A DNA stretch of 64,000 nt from Candidatus Nomurabacteria bacterium GW2011_GWD2_36_14 (GTDB lineage Bacteria > Patescibacteriota > Minisyncoccia > Phycocordibacterales > UBA9973): assembly GCA_000991405.1 (NCBI GenBank), contig LBRL01000001.1:315200-379199 (forward strand), read 5' to 3'. Positions 10,530 to 20,888 of this stretch are shown here, in pieces. Position numbers and translations under genes: made by a program. The stretch's first letter is position 1. Each line of letters begins with the position of its first letter. The notes under the pieces are model-generated. The model was not told where the DNA came from, ran no database searches, and saw nothing but the letters and a program-made list of their open reading frames with translations.

Positions 10530-11568
10530 TTAAAATCTTCACTAGAGCCATCTCTAAAGGTAATTCATTAATAACGGCATTCTTAAGAGATTGATATGCT
10601 TCAAGTAAGATAGCCAAAGTAGCTGAAGATATATGTTCTGGTTTGTTTGCTATCAGTTCTGTAATGTACAACATGTCGTGTTCAGATATAACTTTCTCTA
10701 TTTCAGTTCTTGTCTTAGGTGCATAGCGAAGCATGAGAGCATATCGAAGTTTTGAAAGAATCATTTTTAAGTAAACTTGCATTTCAATGTTTTGATCACT
10801 GGCCTTCTTTATAGTTATAAAACCTCTCTCAATATCTTTATGAGCTATTGCATTCAAGAATTCATCTACAAGGACTGCATTTGGAGAGCCAGTAACTTCC
10901 TCTATATCAGAAAGACTTATTTGATTACTTCTAGAAAAAGATATAACTTTCTGCAAAGTTCCATAAGCATCACGGAAGGCTCCATCTGCAAGAAGTGCTA
11001 TAAGTCCTGCGCCACCTTCTTCGAGTGTATAGCCTTCTTTCTTAGCGACATTTGTAACGGCTGATGTTAAAATATTGTCTGTAGGCTTTTTAAATATAAA
11101 ACTCTGACACCTAGAAACAATTGTCTCAGGAACTTTCTCAAGCTCAGTAGTAGCAAGTATGAAAATAACATGACTTGGAGGCTCTTCAATAGTCTTAAGG
11201 AGTGCATTCCAAGCATCCTTGGTAAACATATGAACTTCATCGAGAATATAAATCTTGTACTTAGAATCGAAAGGCATTGTTCCCACACTTTCACGAATAC
11301 TGCGGACATCATCAATTCCACGATTCGAAGCTGCATCTAGCTCATATATGTCATTAACAGATGAACCAAGCTCGGAAGCTATTATACGAGCAATGGTTGT
11401 CTTGCCTGTCCCCCGTGGACCACACAGAAGATATGCATGGGAAACTTTCCCAGCCTTAAGTGCTCCCCCTATAGCCTTCACTATATGATCCTGTCCTATA
11501 ACCTCATCCCAGTTCTCTGGGCGGTATTTACGATATAGTGCAATATTAGAATCTTTTTTTTCTTGCAT
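10519..11568 (-). CDS. dnaX: DNA polymerase III subunit gamma/tau (short form)
   Basis: YRKYRP..W.EVIGQ, GPRGTGKTT Walker A, and the DEVHM box. Confidence 0.8.
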   Translation of the reverse strand: MQEKKDSNIALYRKYRPENWDEVIGQDHIVKAIGGALKAGKVSHAYLLCGPRGTGKTTIARIIASELGSSVNDIYELDAASNRGIDDVRSIRESVGTMPFDSKYKIYILDEVHMFTKDAWNALLKTIEEPPSHVIFILATTELEKVPETIVSRCQSFIFKKPTDNILTSAVTNVAKKEGYTLEEGGAGLIALLADGAFRDAYGTLQKVISFSRSNQISLSDIEEVTGSPNAVLVDEFLNAIAHKDIERGFITIKKASDQNIEMQVYLKMILSKLRYALMLRYAPKTRTEIEKVISEHDMLYITELIANKPEHISSATLAILLEAYQSLKNAVINELPLEMALVKILNEK

Positions 11569-11585
11569 AAGTTGATTATAGCAAA

Positions 11586-12626
11586 TTAAAGAGTTTTTAG
11601 AAATTCTTTAATTATAGTTTCTACTTCCTTTGAATTACTAGTGTCCATGAGTTTTACACGAAGCTCCTTGGCCCCATCGAAGCCATTCACATAGGCTTTA
11701 TAATGTTTCTTCATAACGGCAAAGTTTTTAACCTTTCCTAAAAGTTTATCATAGAGCTTTGTGTGTTCAACTAGAACTTTCAATTTTTCTTTTATTGAAA
11801 TTTCTTGGCTCCTTGAGGCCTTGCCTCTGGCTCCCTTGAGGCAAGGCCTCTCCCTGCCAAAAAACCAAGGGTTACCAAAGACAGCTCTGCCTACCATGAT
11901 GCCATCGCAGCCAGTTTCTTTAGCTAACCTTATCCCATCTTCTAAACTTTTGACATCTCCATTGCCTATTATTTTTGTTTTCACCCCCATCTTGTTTCTT
12001 ATTTCTACTACTTCCTTCACGTGCTCCCATCTTGCTGGAACTAGGGACATCTCTTTCCTTGTACGAGCATGCACAGTCAAAGCATCAATATCTTGAGAAA
12101 GCAAAAAAGGAATCCATTCACTTATCTGATTTTTATTATAACCAATACGAGTCTTTACAGATATAGACATACTTTTAGCTTTCTTCTTTTTAGAGTCCTT
12201 TATACCATCCTTCACCGCTTCTATAATCTCTCCGGCTTTCTTTATATCCTTCATCATTGCTGCTCCTGCACCTTGCTTCTCTATAGAACGGTCAGGGCAA
12301 CCCATATTTATATCAATACCGTCAAATCCTAAGTCGGCACAAAGTTTAGAAGCCTCACGCATTTTGACGGGATTGGAAGAAAAAAGTTGAACAACTATTG
12401 GCCTTTCTTTCTCACTATAAAGCAAATCATATTTCAAAACTTCACGTCCCTTGCTTGATAAACCGTCTGCCGATACAAACTCGGTCCACATCACGTCTGG
12501 CTTGCCATACTTGGCAAACATACTTCGAAAAGCCACGTCGGTAACGTCTGCCATTGGCGCTAAACAAAAAAACGGTTTTGGTAATTTATCCCAGAATTTC
12601 ATAAATTTGAAAATTAAAGTCTTCAT
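11586..12626 (-). CDS. dus: tRNA-dihydrouridine synthase
   Basis: LAPMADVTD...FR TIM-barrel Dus motifs. The gene contains an in-frame palindromic insert (see the repeat at 11811-11853). Confidence 0.8.
   Translation of the reverse strand: MKTLIFKFMKFWDKLPKPFFCLAPMADVTDVAFRSMFAKYGKPDVMWTEFVSADGLSSKGREVLKYDLLYSEKERPIVVQLFSSNPVKMREASKLCADLGFDGIDINMGCPDRSIEKQGAGAAMMKDIKKAGEIIEAVKDGIKDSKKKKAKSMSISVKTRIGYNKNQISEWIPFLLSQDIDALTVHARTRKEMSLVPARWEHVKEVVEIRNKMGVKTKIIGNGDVKSLEDGIRLAKETGCDGIMVGRAVFGNPWFFGRERPCLKGARGKASRSQEISIKEKLKVLVEHTKLYDKLLGKVKNFAVMKKHYKAYVNGFDGAKELRVKLMDTSNSKEVETIIKEFLKTL
11811..11853. repeat. GC-rich palindromic insert inside dus (GAGGCCTTGCCTC-N10-GAGGCAAGGCCTC), in frame
   Basis: 13-bp perfect inverted repeat. 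It encodes the extra peptide ...RERPCLKGARGKASRSQE... The same core appears at 28116-28150 and in terminator apices. Confidence 0.6.
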
Positions 12627-12734
12627 AAAATAGCTCTTCTCATCGGGTCCGCATAATTTCTTGCTAGAAATTTGCTCATTGCTCGGGCCGTCGCCCTCCG
12701 CCGGCCCCTCTGATAAGACTATTTTATTTCGTCT

Positions 12735-13598
12735 TTAATTAAACTTATATAGTACCTTATTCTTAAACCTAAGATCTATATATAGAAGAGTATCATACTT
12801 TGAATTTATTTCATTTGCAAATTCTTTCTCCTTCATGGCTGTAGAGAAATTATCCAATATTGTTACCCAATCATTATCTTCCTTGAAAAGTATTTTAGGA
12901 TTTGAATTCCCTTGCGATTTTAAATAAAGAGAATATATGCCATTTGAATCAACAACAAGATAAGATGGATTAAACCCCAAGGATATAACTCCATCCATGA
13001 GTCTCACTAATTCATGGAACCTTTCTTTCTCATACATCTGCGTACCCAACGGATTATTAGCATCTCCTTTTATCTTTGTATAATATTTGAAATATACATC
13101 TCCTGAGAAGTATGGTGCTTTGTCGAAAATATATCCATCATTATTTACAAAGTAACAATTCTCCCCTATCTCTTCCTTATTTAGAGGAATAGATACTCCG
13201 CAATACAAATATGAACCAGTACGCTCTTCTAATTCAACTTTTAAAGTATTGAATCCAGATCTTTTTATTGTAAGTTTTTCTATTCTAGGAAATTCTGTTA
13301 TAAGACTTTTGTAAATCTTATCATGTGGATATACGAGAAAGTTAGAACGAGAAAAGAGCCATACATACTTACCTGACAATTTCACCCTAACACTAGATTC
13401 TATGTCTTTCTCATCTATAATATTATCTCCTATAACTACTATCTTATCTATCACAATCTTTGGATGTGACGAGAAATACGAAAGAGCTCCTACAAGAGAT
13501 ATAAAAAGTATAAAAAATAATATAATTAAACGCAATCGTCGAATTCTACGATTGCGCTTAATCAAAGCTATTCGTGGTGATGTAGGAATATCTTTCAT
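12735..13598 (-). CDS. ftsQ: FtsQ/DivIB-like cell-division protein (POTRA domain)
   Basis: Short cytoplasmic Arg-rich N-terminus, one TM segment, then a POTRA-like beta-rich region. Confidence 0.5.
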   Translation of the reverse strand: MKDIPTSPRIALIKRNRRIRRLRLIILFFILFISLVGALSYFSSHPKIVIDKIVVIGDNIIDEKDIESSVRVKLSGKYVWLFSRSNFLVYPHDKIYKSLITEFPRIEKLTIKRSGFNTLKVELEERTGSYLYCGVSIPLNKEEIGENCYFVNNDGYIFDKAPYFSGDVYFKYYTKIKGDANNPLGTQMYEKERFHELVRLMDGVISLGFNPSYLVVDSNGIYSLYLKSQGNSNPKILFKEDNDWVTILDNFSTAMKEKEFANEINSKYDTLLYIDLRFKNKVLYKFN

Positions 13599-13611
13599 TT
13601 ATTTTTAAAAT

Positions 13612-14871
13612 TTATGAAATAATATCTTTCCCCATGTATTTCTGTAAGACTTCCGGAACTTTTATCGTGCCATCGGCTTGTTGGAAGTTCTCTACCATTG
13701 AAACTAAAATCCTAGGAGTTGGTATAGCTGTGCAATTAAGTGAGTGGGCATAATTCATCTTGCCATTCTCATCCTTATATCTAATATTCATACGACGTGT
13801 CTGAAAATCATGAAAGTAAGAGGCAGAAGAAATCTCTCTATACTTTTCTTCCTTTGGAACCCAGAGTTCTACATCATACTTCTTCACTTGACCCATCCCC
13901 AAATCCCCTCCACAATTTACGACAGTACGATATGGAATTCCCAATGATTCTATAAATTCTTCAGTATTACGATTTATTTCTTCATGGAAAGCTACACTTT
14001 CAGTATGAGAAGCAGTGCATAGAACCACTTGCTCGAGCTTGTAGAATTCATGAACTCTTATCAATCCTTTTACATCCTTTGAGTGACTTCCAGCTTCTCT
14101 TCTATAACAAGGAGAAAATCCTAAATATTTTTTAGGTAACTCTTCAATTTTCAAAATTTCATCCGCATGGAAACCCATAAGTGGAACCTCCGCTGTACCT
14201 GCCAAGAAATCCCCATCTTGAGTTTTATACAAATCATCTTCACCTTGAGGTAAGTACCCTGTACCAAAGAAAGTTTTCCTATTTACAACAATTGGTGGAA
14301 TAAAGGGAGTGAAGCCTTTCTCTGAAAAGAAATCCATCGCATAATTCCAAATAGCCATAGACAAACGAACTCCATCTCCTGTAAGGAAGTAACCCCTGAA
14401 TCCATGAACCTTCACTCCACGTTCAAAGTCAACCATTTTGAGATTGGTCATGAGTTCTATATGATCCTTTGGCTCAAAATTAAAAGATGTTTTCTCTCCC
14501 CAAGCTTTTATCTCTTGATTATCAGCATCACTTTCCCCTTCAGGCACTGACATATCAGGAATATTAGGAACTGTAAGCATCAACGATTGCCATTCTGTCA
14601 TAACGGTTCTTAATTCTTCTTCTTTACCCACTAGCTCTTCTTTTACCATTTTCATTTCTCCTATCATTTGTCCACGAACAGCCATGTCTTTCTCTGTGGC
14701 GATAGAATTATTCATTTTATTCTGCTCTCCTCGCAAGAATTCAACACGTGAAAGAATCTCGAGACGCTTTTCATCAATATCAAGAAGCTTATCTATATCT
14801 ACTTCGATGTGCTTCTTCTTGGCACCCTCTTTAATTATATCTTTATTCTCACGTATGAATTTAATATCTAA
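13612..14871 (-). CDS. serS: Seryl-tRNA synthetase
   Basis: MLDIKFIREN... coiled-coil N-terminal arm plus class II motifs. The ORF track extends to 14907, but those extra codons are encoded by a 12-bp-stem hairpin. The start at 14871 is preferred. Confidence 0.85.
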   Translation of the reverse strand, partial: LDIKFIRENKDIIKEGAKKKHIEVDIDKLLDIDEKRLEILSRVEFLRGEQNKMNNSIATEKDMAVRGQMIGEMKMVKEELVGKEEELRTVMTEWQSLMLTVPNIPDMSVPEGESDADNQEIKAWGEKTSFNFEPKDHIELMTNLKMVDFERGVKVHGFRGYFLTGDGVRLSMAIWNYAMDFFSEKGFTPFIPPIVVNRKTFFGTGYLPQGEDDLYKTQDGDFLAGTAEVPLMGFHADEILKIEELPKKYLGFSPCYRREAGSHSKDVKGLIRVHEFYKLEQVVLCTASHTESVAFHEEINRNTEEFIESLGIPYRTVVNCGGDLGMGQVKKYDVELWVPKEEKYREISSASYFHDFQTRRMNIRYKDENGKMNYAHSLNCTAIPTPRILVSMVENFQQADGTIKVPEVLQKYMGKDIIS

Positions 14872-14886
14872 CATATATATAGTATA

Positions 14887-14923
14887 CCCCAAAGTAAAAT
14901 TTTTCACAAAATTTACTTTGGGG
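14887..14923. promoter_or_regulatory. 12-bp-stem hairpin (CCCCAAAGTAAA...TTTACTTTGGGG) in the serS 5' leader / divergent serS-dprA intergenic region
   Basis: Visible in the sequence. It lies 16 nt upstream of the preferred serS start. Confidence 0.4.
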
Positions 14924-14951
14924 CACGGTAAAAAATGTTATACTATTTAAA

Positions 14952-14983
14952 TTACTAGTCACAAACAACTAATTACTAGAAAC
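14952..14983 (+). promoter_or_regulatory. Direct-repeat box pair TTACTAGTCAC-N10-TTACTAGAAAC ending 7 nt upstream of the dprA ATG
   Basis: aTTACTAGTCACaaacaactaaTTACTAGAAACtaatccc-ATG. Nearly identical to the clpB box. Confidence 0.45.
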
Positions 14984-14990
14984 TAATCCC

Positions 14991-15854
14991 ATGGAAGACG
15001 TCTACAAATTAAAACCGGAACAATTTCCAAAAGCTTTATTAGAGATACCGGAACCGCCGAAAGTTCTATATATACGAGGGAAACTTCCGAGTGAAGATAT
15101 GATCTATTTGGCAGTTGTCGGCTCTCGTAAATACACCTCGTATGGTAGAGATATTTGCGAGAAATTAATAAGAGGACTCAAAGGCTACCCTATAGTCATA
15201 GTCTCAGGGCTTGCTATCGGCATGGATAGTATTGCACATAGAATAGCACTAGATACTGGGCTCACAACGATTGCATTCCCTGGCTCTGGACTTGATAATA
15301 CTGTCCTGCATCCAAGAAGTAATATAAAACTTGCCCAAGAAATAGTAGACAAAGGCGGGTGTGTAATATCAGAACTTGAACCGTCATGCCCAGCAGCTTT
15401 GTACTCTTTTGTAAGAAGAAATAGATTAATGGCCGGAATGGTTAAAGCTGTACTTATAATAGAAGCAGAAGAAAAGTCAGGTACACTTGTCACTGCTCGT
15501 CTTGCTCTCGACTACAACCGCGACGTTCTAGCAGTCCCAGGCTCGGCCTTCTCTTCAAACTCAAATGGGACAAACTGGCTCATCAAACAAGGAGCCACCC
15601 CTGTAACCAACAGTGAGGAAATTCTCATCGCCCTAGGATTCAATATTGAAAAGTCCAAGCAAACAGACAAAGAAAAGTACGCCGACTGCGGAAAAAATGA
15701 AATGAAAATTATTGAACTCTTGCGTGAGCCAATGGAACGCAACGACCTCATCCGTGAACTCGGCATGAACATCGGCGAAGCTAATGCCCTACTCTCCATA
15801 ATGGAACTAAAAGATTTGATTAAGGAAGAATTAGGGGAGATTAGAAAAATTTAA
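14991..15854 (+). CDS. dprA: DNA-processing protein DprA/Smf
   Basis: VVGSRKYTSYGR...SGLAIGMD...AVPG Rossmann-like DprA core. Confidence 0.8.
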   Translation: MEDVYKLKPEQFPKALLEIPEPPKVLYIRGKLPSEDMIYLAVVGSRKYTSYGRDICEKLIRGLKGYPIVIVSGLAIGMDSIAHRIALDTGLTTIAFPGSGLDNTVLHPRSNIKLAQEIVDKGGCVISELEPSCPAALYSFVRRNRLMAGMVKAVLIIEAEEKSGTLVTARLALDYNRDVLAVPGSAFSSNSNGTNWLIKQGATPVTNSEEILIALGFNIEKSKQTDKEKYADCGKNEMKIIELLREPMERNDLIRELGMNIGEANALLSIMELKDLIKEELGEIRKI

Positions 15855-15903
15855 ATAAACAATTATTTGCAAAAATAATTAGAAGGTGTTACTAATATAG
15901 ACA

Positions 15904-18132
15904 ATGAAACTATTAATTGTTGAATCACCATCGAAAGCAAAGACAATAGAAAAATATTTGGACGGCGCTTATACCGTACGCGCCTCTGTTGGACATATAC
16001 GCGACTTACCGAAATCAAATAAAGATGCCATAGATATAGAGGGTGGTTTTATTCCTCGTTATGAAATTTCAAAAGGCAAAGAAAAAGTTGTCCATGATTT
16101 GAAAACTCTTTCAGAAAAAGCGGATACCATAATGCTTGCAACCGACCCGGACCGTGAGGGAGAAGCTATCTCTTGGCATTTAAAAGAACTCTTAGATGCT
16201 GACAAGAAAATAAAAGCCAAGATAAAGCGTGTAGCCTTTCATGAAATTACAAAAGAGGCAGTAGAAGAAGCTTTGAAAAATCCTCGTGATATAGACCAAA
16301 GTCTAGTAAAGGCTCAAGAAGCTCGCAGAGTCCTAGATAGACTTGTAGGATATGACCTATCTGGAATAATCTGGAAGAAAGTCCGATACGGCCTTTCGGC
16401 TGGTAGAGTTCAATCTCCTGCACTCCGTATCATAATGGAAAGGGAAAGAGAAATTCGTGCTTTCATACCTGAACAATATTGGACTCTTGAAGGAAACTTT
16501 GAAACACACAAAAAAAACAAAATAACTTTGTCTTGTGTAGAAGAACCTCGCGACGAAAAAATTGTAAAAAACATTTTGGAACTTGGCAATAAAGAAAAGT
16601 GGTATGTAAAAGATTTGAAAACGAGTGAACAGAAGAGGCAACCTCGTGCTCCTTTTACAACCTCTACCCTTCAACAGACAGCAAGTACTAGACTTGGATT
16701 CTCCCCTTCACGAACAATGCAGGTCGCACAGAAACTTTATGAGCAAGGATTTATAACTTACATGCGTACTGATAGTACCAACTTGAGTCTTGTAGCTCAA
16801 AACCAAATAATTGCACTCGTAGAAAAAAAATATGGTAAAGAATATGCCGAGAAACATACATATAAAGCAAAATCAAAAAATGCTCAAGAAGCCCACGAAG
16901 CAATCCGCCCAACACATATAGAACAATTAAATGCTGGAGCAAATGAAGAGCAACACAAACTTTACCAACTCATATGGGAAAGAGTTGTGTCTTCACAAAT
17001 GTCTGATGCTAAATTATTAAAAACAAAAATAACAGCCAACTTAAAAGAAAATAAGATTCCTGACTTTACTGCCAATGGTTCACGAGTACTTTTCCCCGGG
17101 TGGCTCATATGCGAAACAGGGGCTCGAGGAGAGGATGTAGAACTTCCAGAAGTTACCGTTGGCGAAGAATTAAAGCTTATAGAATTAAATAGTACAGAAA
17201 AGGCCACAGAACCACCCAACCGCTATACTGAAGCAGGGCTTGTGAAAGAGCTTGAAGCTCGTGACATAGGAAGACCTTCTACATATGCATCGATAATGAA
17301 AACTCTCGAAGATAGAGGCTACGTCAGAAAAGAAGGCAAGACATTGTTCCCCACTGACACTGGGGACGTGGTCTCAAGTTTCCTTGAAGAAAATTTCGGT
17401 GAATATATTAGTGATACTTTCACTGCGGATATGGAAGATAAGCTTGACGATATATCAAATGGTAAAAGAGAATATATAAAGACATTGAAAGACTTCTATG
17501 CACCATTCCAAAAAGATGTAAAAGAAAAAGAAAAACTCGCCAAGGCTACAAATATGGGAGAAGCTCCAAGTGACATACTTTGTCCTAAGTGTGAAAGTAG
17601 GATGATAGTTAAACTTTCCCGTGGAGGTAAATTCTACTCTTGTAGCAAATACCCAGACTGCGATGGTGCTAGAACTATCGAAGGAGAAGTTCTAGATGGA
17701 CCAAAAGAAACAGGAGAGATTTGCCCAACTTGTGGGGAGAAGAAAGGTAAAAGTGGTGGAGGAAAACTTGTCATAAGAGTCAGACGTGATGGTGGTGGAA
17801 CTTTCATATCATGTTCTCGTTATCCCAAATGCAAATTTATAAAACAAGACGAAGAAGAAATAAAAAGAAAAATGACAGACATAACTTGCCCAACTTGTAA
17901 TAAAGGCAAAATGATGGAAAGAAAGGGACGCTTTGGAATATTCTATTCGTGTTCCAATTACCCAGATTGTAAAAATGCTATTAAAGCAAAACCCACAGGA
18001 AACATTTGTGAACTCTGTCAGTCACTGATGATGGAAGGTACAAAAACTATTCCGGAAAGATGTAGTAATAAAATGTGTAGAAATCATAACCCGCATAAAC
18101 TTGGCGATAATATAAAATCTAACAAAAAATAA
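15904..18132 (+). CDS. topA: DNA topoisomerase I with C-terminal Zn-ribbon repeats
   Basis: MKLLIVESPSKAKTI Toprim motif, a catalytic Tyr region, and four CxxC...CxxC ribbons. Confidence 0.9.
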   Translation: MKLLIVESPSKAKTIEKYLDGAYTVRASVGHIRDLPKSNKDAIDIEGGFIPRYEISKGKEKVVHDLKTLSEKADTIMLATDPDREGEAISWHLKELLDADKKIKAKIKRVAFHEITKEAVEEALKNPRDIDQSLVKAQEARRVLDRLVGYDLSGIIWKKVRYGLSAGRVQSPALRIIMEREREIRAFIPEQYWTLEGNFETHKKNKITLSCVEEPRDEKIVKNILELGNKEKWYVKDLKTSEQKRQPRAPFTTSTLQQTASTRLGFSPSRTMQVAQKLYEQGFITYMRTDSTNLSLVAQNQIIALVEKKYGKEYAEKHTYKAKSKNAQEAHEAIRPTHIEQLNAGANEEQHKLYQLIWERVVSSQMSDAKLLKTKITANLKENKIPDFTANGSRVLFPGWLICETGARGEDVELPEVTVGEELKLIELNSTEKATEPPNRYTEAGLVKELEARDIGRPSTYASIMKTLEDRGYVRKEGKTLFPTDTGDVVSSFLEENFGEYISDTFTADMEDKLDDISNGKREYIKTLKDFYAPFQKDVKEKEKLAKATNMGEAPSDILCPKCESRMIVKLSRGGKFYSCSKYPDCDGARTIEGEVLDGPKETGEICPTCGEKKGKSGGGKLVIRVRRDGGGTFISCSRYPKCKFIKQDEEEIKRKMTDITCPTCNKGKMMERKGRFGIFYSCSNYPDCKNAIKAKPTGNICELCQSLMMEGTKTIPERCSNKMCRNHNPHKLGDNIKSNKK

Positions 18133-18142
18133 TACACAATAT

Positions 18143-18173
18143 AAAAACTAGCTAAAAAAAGCTAGTTTTTATA
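18143..18173 (+). terminator. Rho-independent terminator after topA
   Basis: aaaaaCTAGCtaaaaaaaGCTAGttttt hairpin plus a T-run. Confidence 0.6.
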
Positions 18174-18178
18174 TAATT

Positions 18179-19657
18179 ATGTCTATGAAACCAAAGGTAG
18201 AAGAAATACTTGATTTAGCCCATAAATTAAAGAAGGAAGACGTTGAGCTTATACAAAGAGCTTACGATTTTGCAAAGAAGGCTCACTCGGGGCAACTTCG
18301 TAAAAGTGGTGAACCATACTTCAACCACGTTTTTGCAACAGCAAAAAACTTGGCTGAATTAGGAATGAAAGCAAAAACAATATCTGCTGGTTTACTTCAT
18401 GATGTCATAGAAGACACTTCTATAACAGAAGAAGATATAAAAAAAGAATTTGGGGAAGAAATACTTTCTCTTATTAGTGGCGTCACCAAGCTAGGAACTG
18501 TTAGATACAAAGGTATCGAGCGTAAGGTTGAAAACTTGAGAAGATTCTTTGTATCTATGGCAGAAGATTTAAGAGTGCTTACTATCAAACTTGCAGATAG
18601 ACTTCATAATATAGAAACTCTTGAACATATCCGCCCTGACAAACAAAAACGTATAGCTCTCGAAACTCTTGAAATATACGCTCCCCTAGCAGACAGACTC
18701 TCTATGGGTCGCTTGAAGGGTCGTCTTGAAGATGCGGCTTTCAGATATGCATACCCTAAAGAATATGAGGAAGTAAAAAAAATGCTCCTAGAGAGAAAGG
18801 ATGCAAAGGAAAGATATTTAATTGAAGTAAGAGACAGACTAAATGAAAAAATATTAGAAGCAAAAATTAAAAATACAAAAATAGACTACCGTCAGAAACA
18901 TTTATATTCTCTTTGGAAAAAACTTCAAAAGTACAATATGGATATCGGTAAGATATATGACATTATCGCAATGCGTGTAATGGTAGATACTGTGTCTGAC
19001 TGCTATCATGTACTAGGTATTATTCACGGAGAATGGACACCCGTACCTAATCGTATTAAAGACTATATTGCAATGCCAAAAGCAAATGGATACCAAAGTC
19101 TTCATACTACAATCTTCACAGGAACCGGCGGAATTGTGGAGATACAGATACGAACCCATGAAATGCATGAACAAGCTGAGAATGGTATAGCAGCACATTT
19201 TATATATAAATCTAATGGTGTAGAGAAAAATCCTGATCTTAAAGAATTAGAATGGGTAAACCGTCTTCATGATTTAAACAAAGAACATGAAGATGAGAAA
19301 CCAAAAGAATTTTTAGAAAAAATTCATATGAATTTCTTTAAAGATAGAGTTTTCATATTTACACCAAAGGGTGACATTATCGACCTACCTGATGGCTCTT
19401 CAATTATAGACTTTGCTTATGCCATACACACAGATATAGGAAATCATGCTCAGGGAGCAAGAGTAAATGGGAAAAATTCATCATTGGGAACTGTCCTTAA
19501 AACTCATGATATAGTAGAAATACAAGTAAATAAAAATACAAACCCAACATCTAAATGGCTTGACTATGCAAAGACGACTCTCGCTCGTAGAGAAATAAAT
19601 GCCTATTTAAAACAGCATAGTCTCCTGTCTAAATTCCTATCATTCGGGAAAAACTAA
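18179..19657 (+). CDS. rel: (p)ppGpp synthetase/hydrolase RelA/SpoT homologue (HD + synthetase + TGS, no ACT domain)
   Basis: HD motif region LLHDVIEDT, synthetase GYQSLHT motif, and a TGS domain. Confidence 0.8.
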   Translation: MSMKPKVEEILDLAHKLKKEDVELIQRAYDFAKKAHSGQLRKSGEPYFNHVFATAKNLAELGMKAKTISAGLLHDVIEDTSITEEDIKKEFGEEILSLISGVTKLGTVRYKGIERKVENLRRFFVSMAEDLRVLTIKLADRLHNIETLEHIRPDKQKRIALETLEIYAPLADRLSMGRLKGRLEDAAFRYAYPKEYEEVKKMLLERKDAKERYLIEVRDRLNEKILEAKIKNTKIDYRQKHLYSLWKKLQKYNMDIGKIYDIIAMRVMVDTVSDCYHVLGIIHGEWTPVPNRIKDYIAMPKANGYQSLHTTIFTGTGGIVEIQIRTHEMHEQAENGIAAHFIYKSNGVEKNPDLKELEWVNRLHDLNKEHEDEKPKEFLEKIHMNFFKDRVFIFTPKGDIIDLPDGSSIIDFAYAIHTDIGNHAQGARVNGKNSSLGTVLKTHDIVEIQVNKNTNPTSKWLDYAKTTLARREINAYLKQHSLLSKFLSFGKN

Positions 19658-19662
19658 AAATA

Positions 19663-19700
19663 AACTAAAAACTTACAGGCCTTGCCTGTAAGTTTTTAGT
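19663..19700. terminator. Bidirectional terminator hairpin between rel and parB
   Basis: aaaaaCTTACAGGCcttGCCTGTAAGttttt. The apex is 'aggccttgcct'. Confidence 0.6.
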
Positions 19701-19703
19701 TTA

Positions 19704-20748
19704 TTAGATTGAAAAATTCTTAATATTATAGAGGTCTACATCTTCCTCTGCCTTTTTCACCTCTTCATTAGTACGATCGTCTATTAAATGCATATCATCT
19801 TGTGAATCTTCTACTATCAAAACCTCTCCATCAGGTACTGAAACTTCCACCTCCCCTGCTTTATTCTCTGCCTCTTTCTGAGAGATAAATTTCTCAAGCA
19901 TTAGATTAGGGTTACCACCTTCATTATTTTTTGATTTAATGATATCGAGAATTGTACGAAGATCATCGTTGGTAAAGAAGTCGATAGTGATATACCCTCC
20001 ATTTTCTTTCCTTTCTATGTGAACTCTCGTACCAAGGGTTTCCTGAAGCTTCCCTTCTATTTCGCTTATTTCTGGGTCTTGAATATACTCCTTCTTTCGA
20101 ACCTTATCAAAGGCAATTTTGCGAGCAATCTTCTCTGCGTCACGGACAGTGAGCTTCTTCCACATGATTTCTTTGAAAAGCACAGACTGCTCATCGGGCC
20201 TATCGGAAAGCATAAGGATAGGACGTGTATGGCCTTCGCTTATTTTACCAGCAGATAGAGCATCAAGCATTTCTTGTGGAAGTGCAAGTAGACGAAGAGT
20301 GTTGGAGACGTACTCGCGACTCTTCCCCATTTTTTGACCAATCTGAGTATGATTAAATTTAAACTCTTCTACAAGTCGGAAGAATGCACGAGCACGCTCG
20401 ACTGCATTCAAATCTTCGCGTTGAAGATTCTCAATAATAGAAAGTTCAAGCTTGGCCATGTTGTCGTCTCCCACACGAATAATAGCTGGGACTTGTGTGA
20501 GCCCAGCAAGCTTTGAAGCTCGGAGCCTTCTCTCTCCAGCGATGAGCTCGTACTCTACTACTATACCTTCGTCTTCTTTAACTATCTCAATACGAGAAAC
20601 TGTAAGCGGTTGCAAAATACCATACTGACGAATCGAATCAGCCAAATCTCTCAACCTTGCTTCGTCAAACTCACGACGAGGCTGAAAAGGGTTCGGCTTA
20701 ATCTTTTCTATATCTATCCAAAAAATTGAATTACTATAAAGTTGTGAC
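19704..20748 (-). CDS. parB: Chromosome partitioning protein ParB/Spo0J
   Basis: ILQPLTV...GERRLRA ParB box and an HTH. The ORF track extends to 20825. The MSQLYS start at 20748 is preferred. Confidence 0.8.
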
Positions 20749-20852
20749 ATATCTTGTATTTTAGCATATTTTTTAAATGTTGAAAAATAAATAACAAATT
20801 GAAATACATAATTACTTATAGTCAATACAAACAGTTAATAACACAAAGCACT

Positions 20853-20882
20853 TTGACTTAAAGTAAGTTAAGATGATATAAT
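20853..20882 (+). promoter_or_regulatory. Sigma70-like promoter (TTGACT-18-TGnTATAAT); the ATG lies 7 nt after the -10, implying a leaderless mRNA
   Basis: ttgact at 20853-58. Extended -10 tgatataat at 20874-82. ATG at 20889. Confidence 0.5.
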
Positions 20883-20888
20883 ATATAC

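Noticed and set aside
12640-12720. GC-rich island as a small tRNA-like or known ncRNA gene
   Set aside because: No cloverleaf or recognisable conserved ncRNA motif can be drawn. Only a single hairpin is present.
14872-14907. Longer serS start (MKNFTLGYTIYM…) given by the ORF track
   Set aside because: These 12 codons are encoded by the arms of a 12-bp-stem perfect hairpin and are not SerS-like. The MLDIKFIREN start at 14871 is preferred.
20749-20825. 25-aa N-terminal extension of ParB in the ORF track
   Set aside because: The extension is hydrophobic and unlike ParB N-termini. The MSQLYS start at 20748 is followed directly by the conserved ParB N-terminal box.
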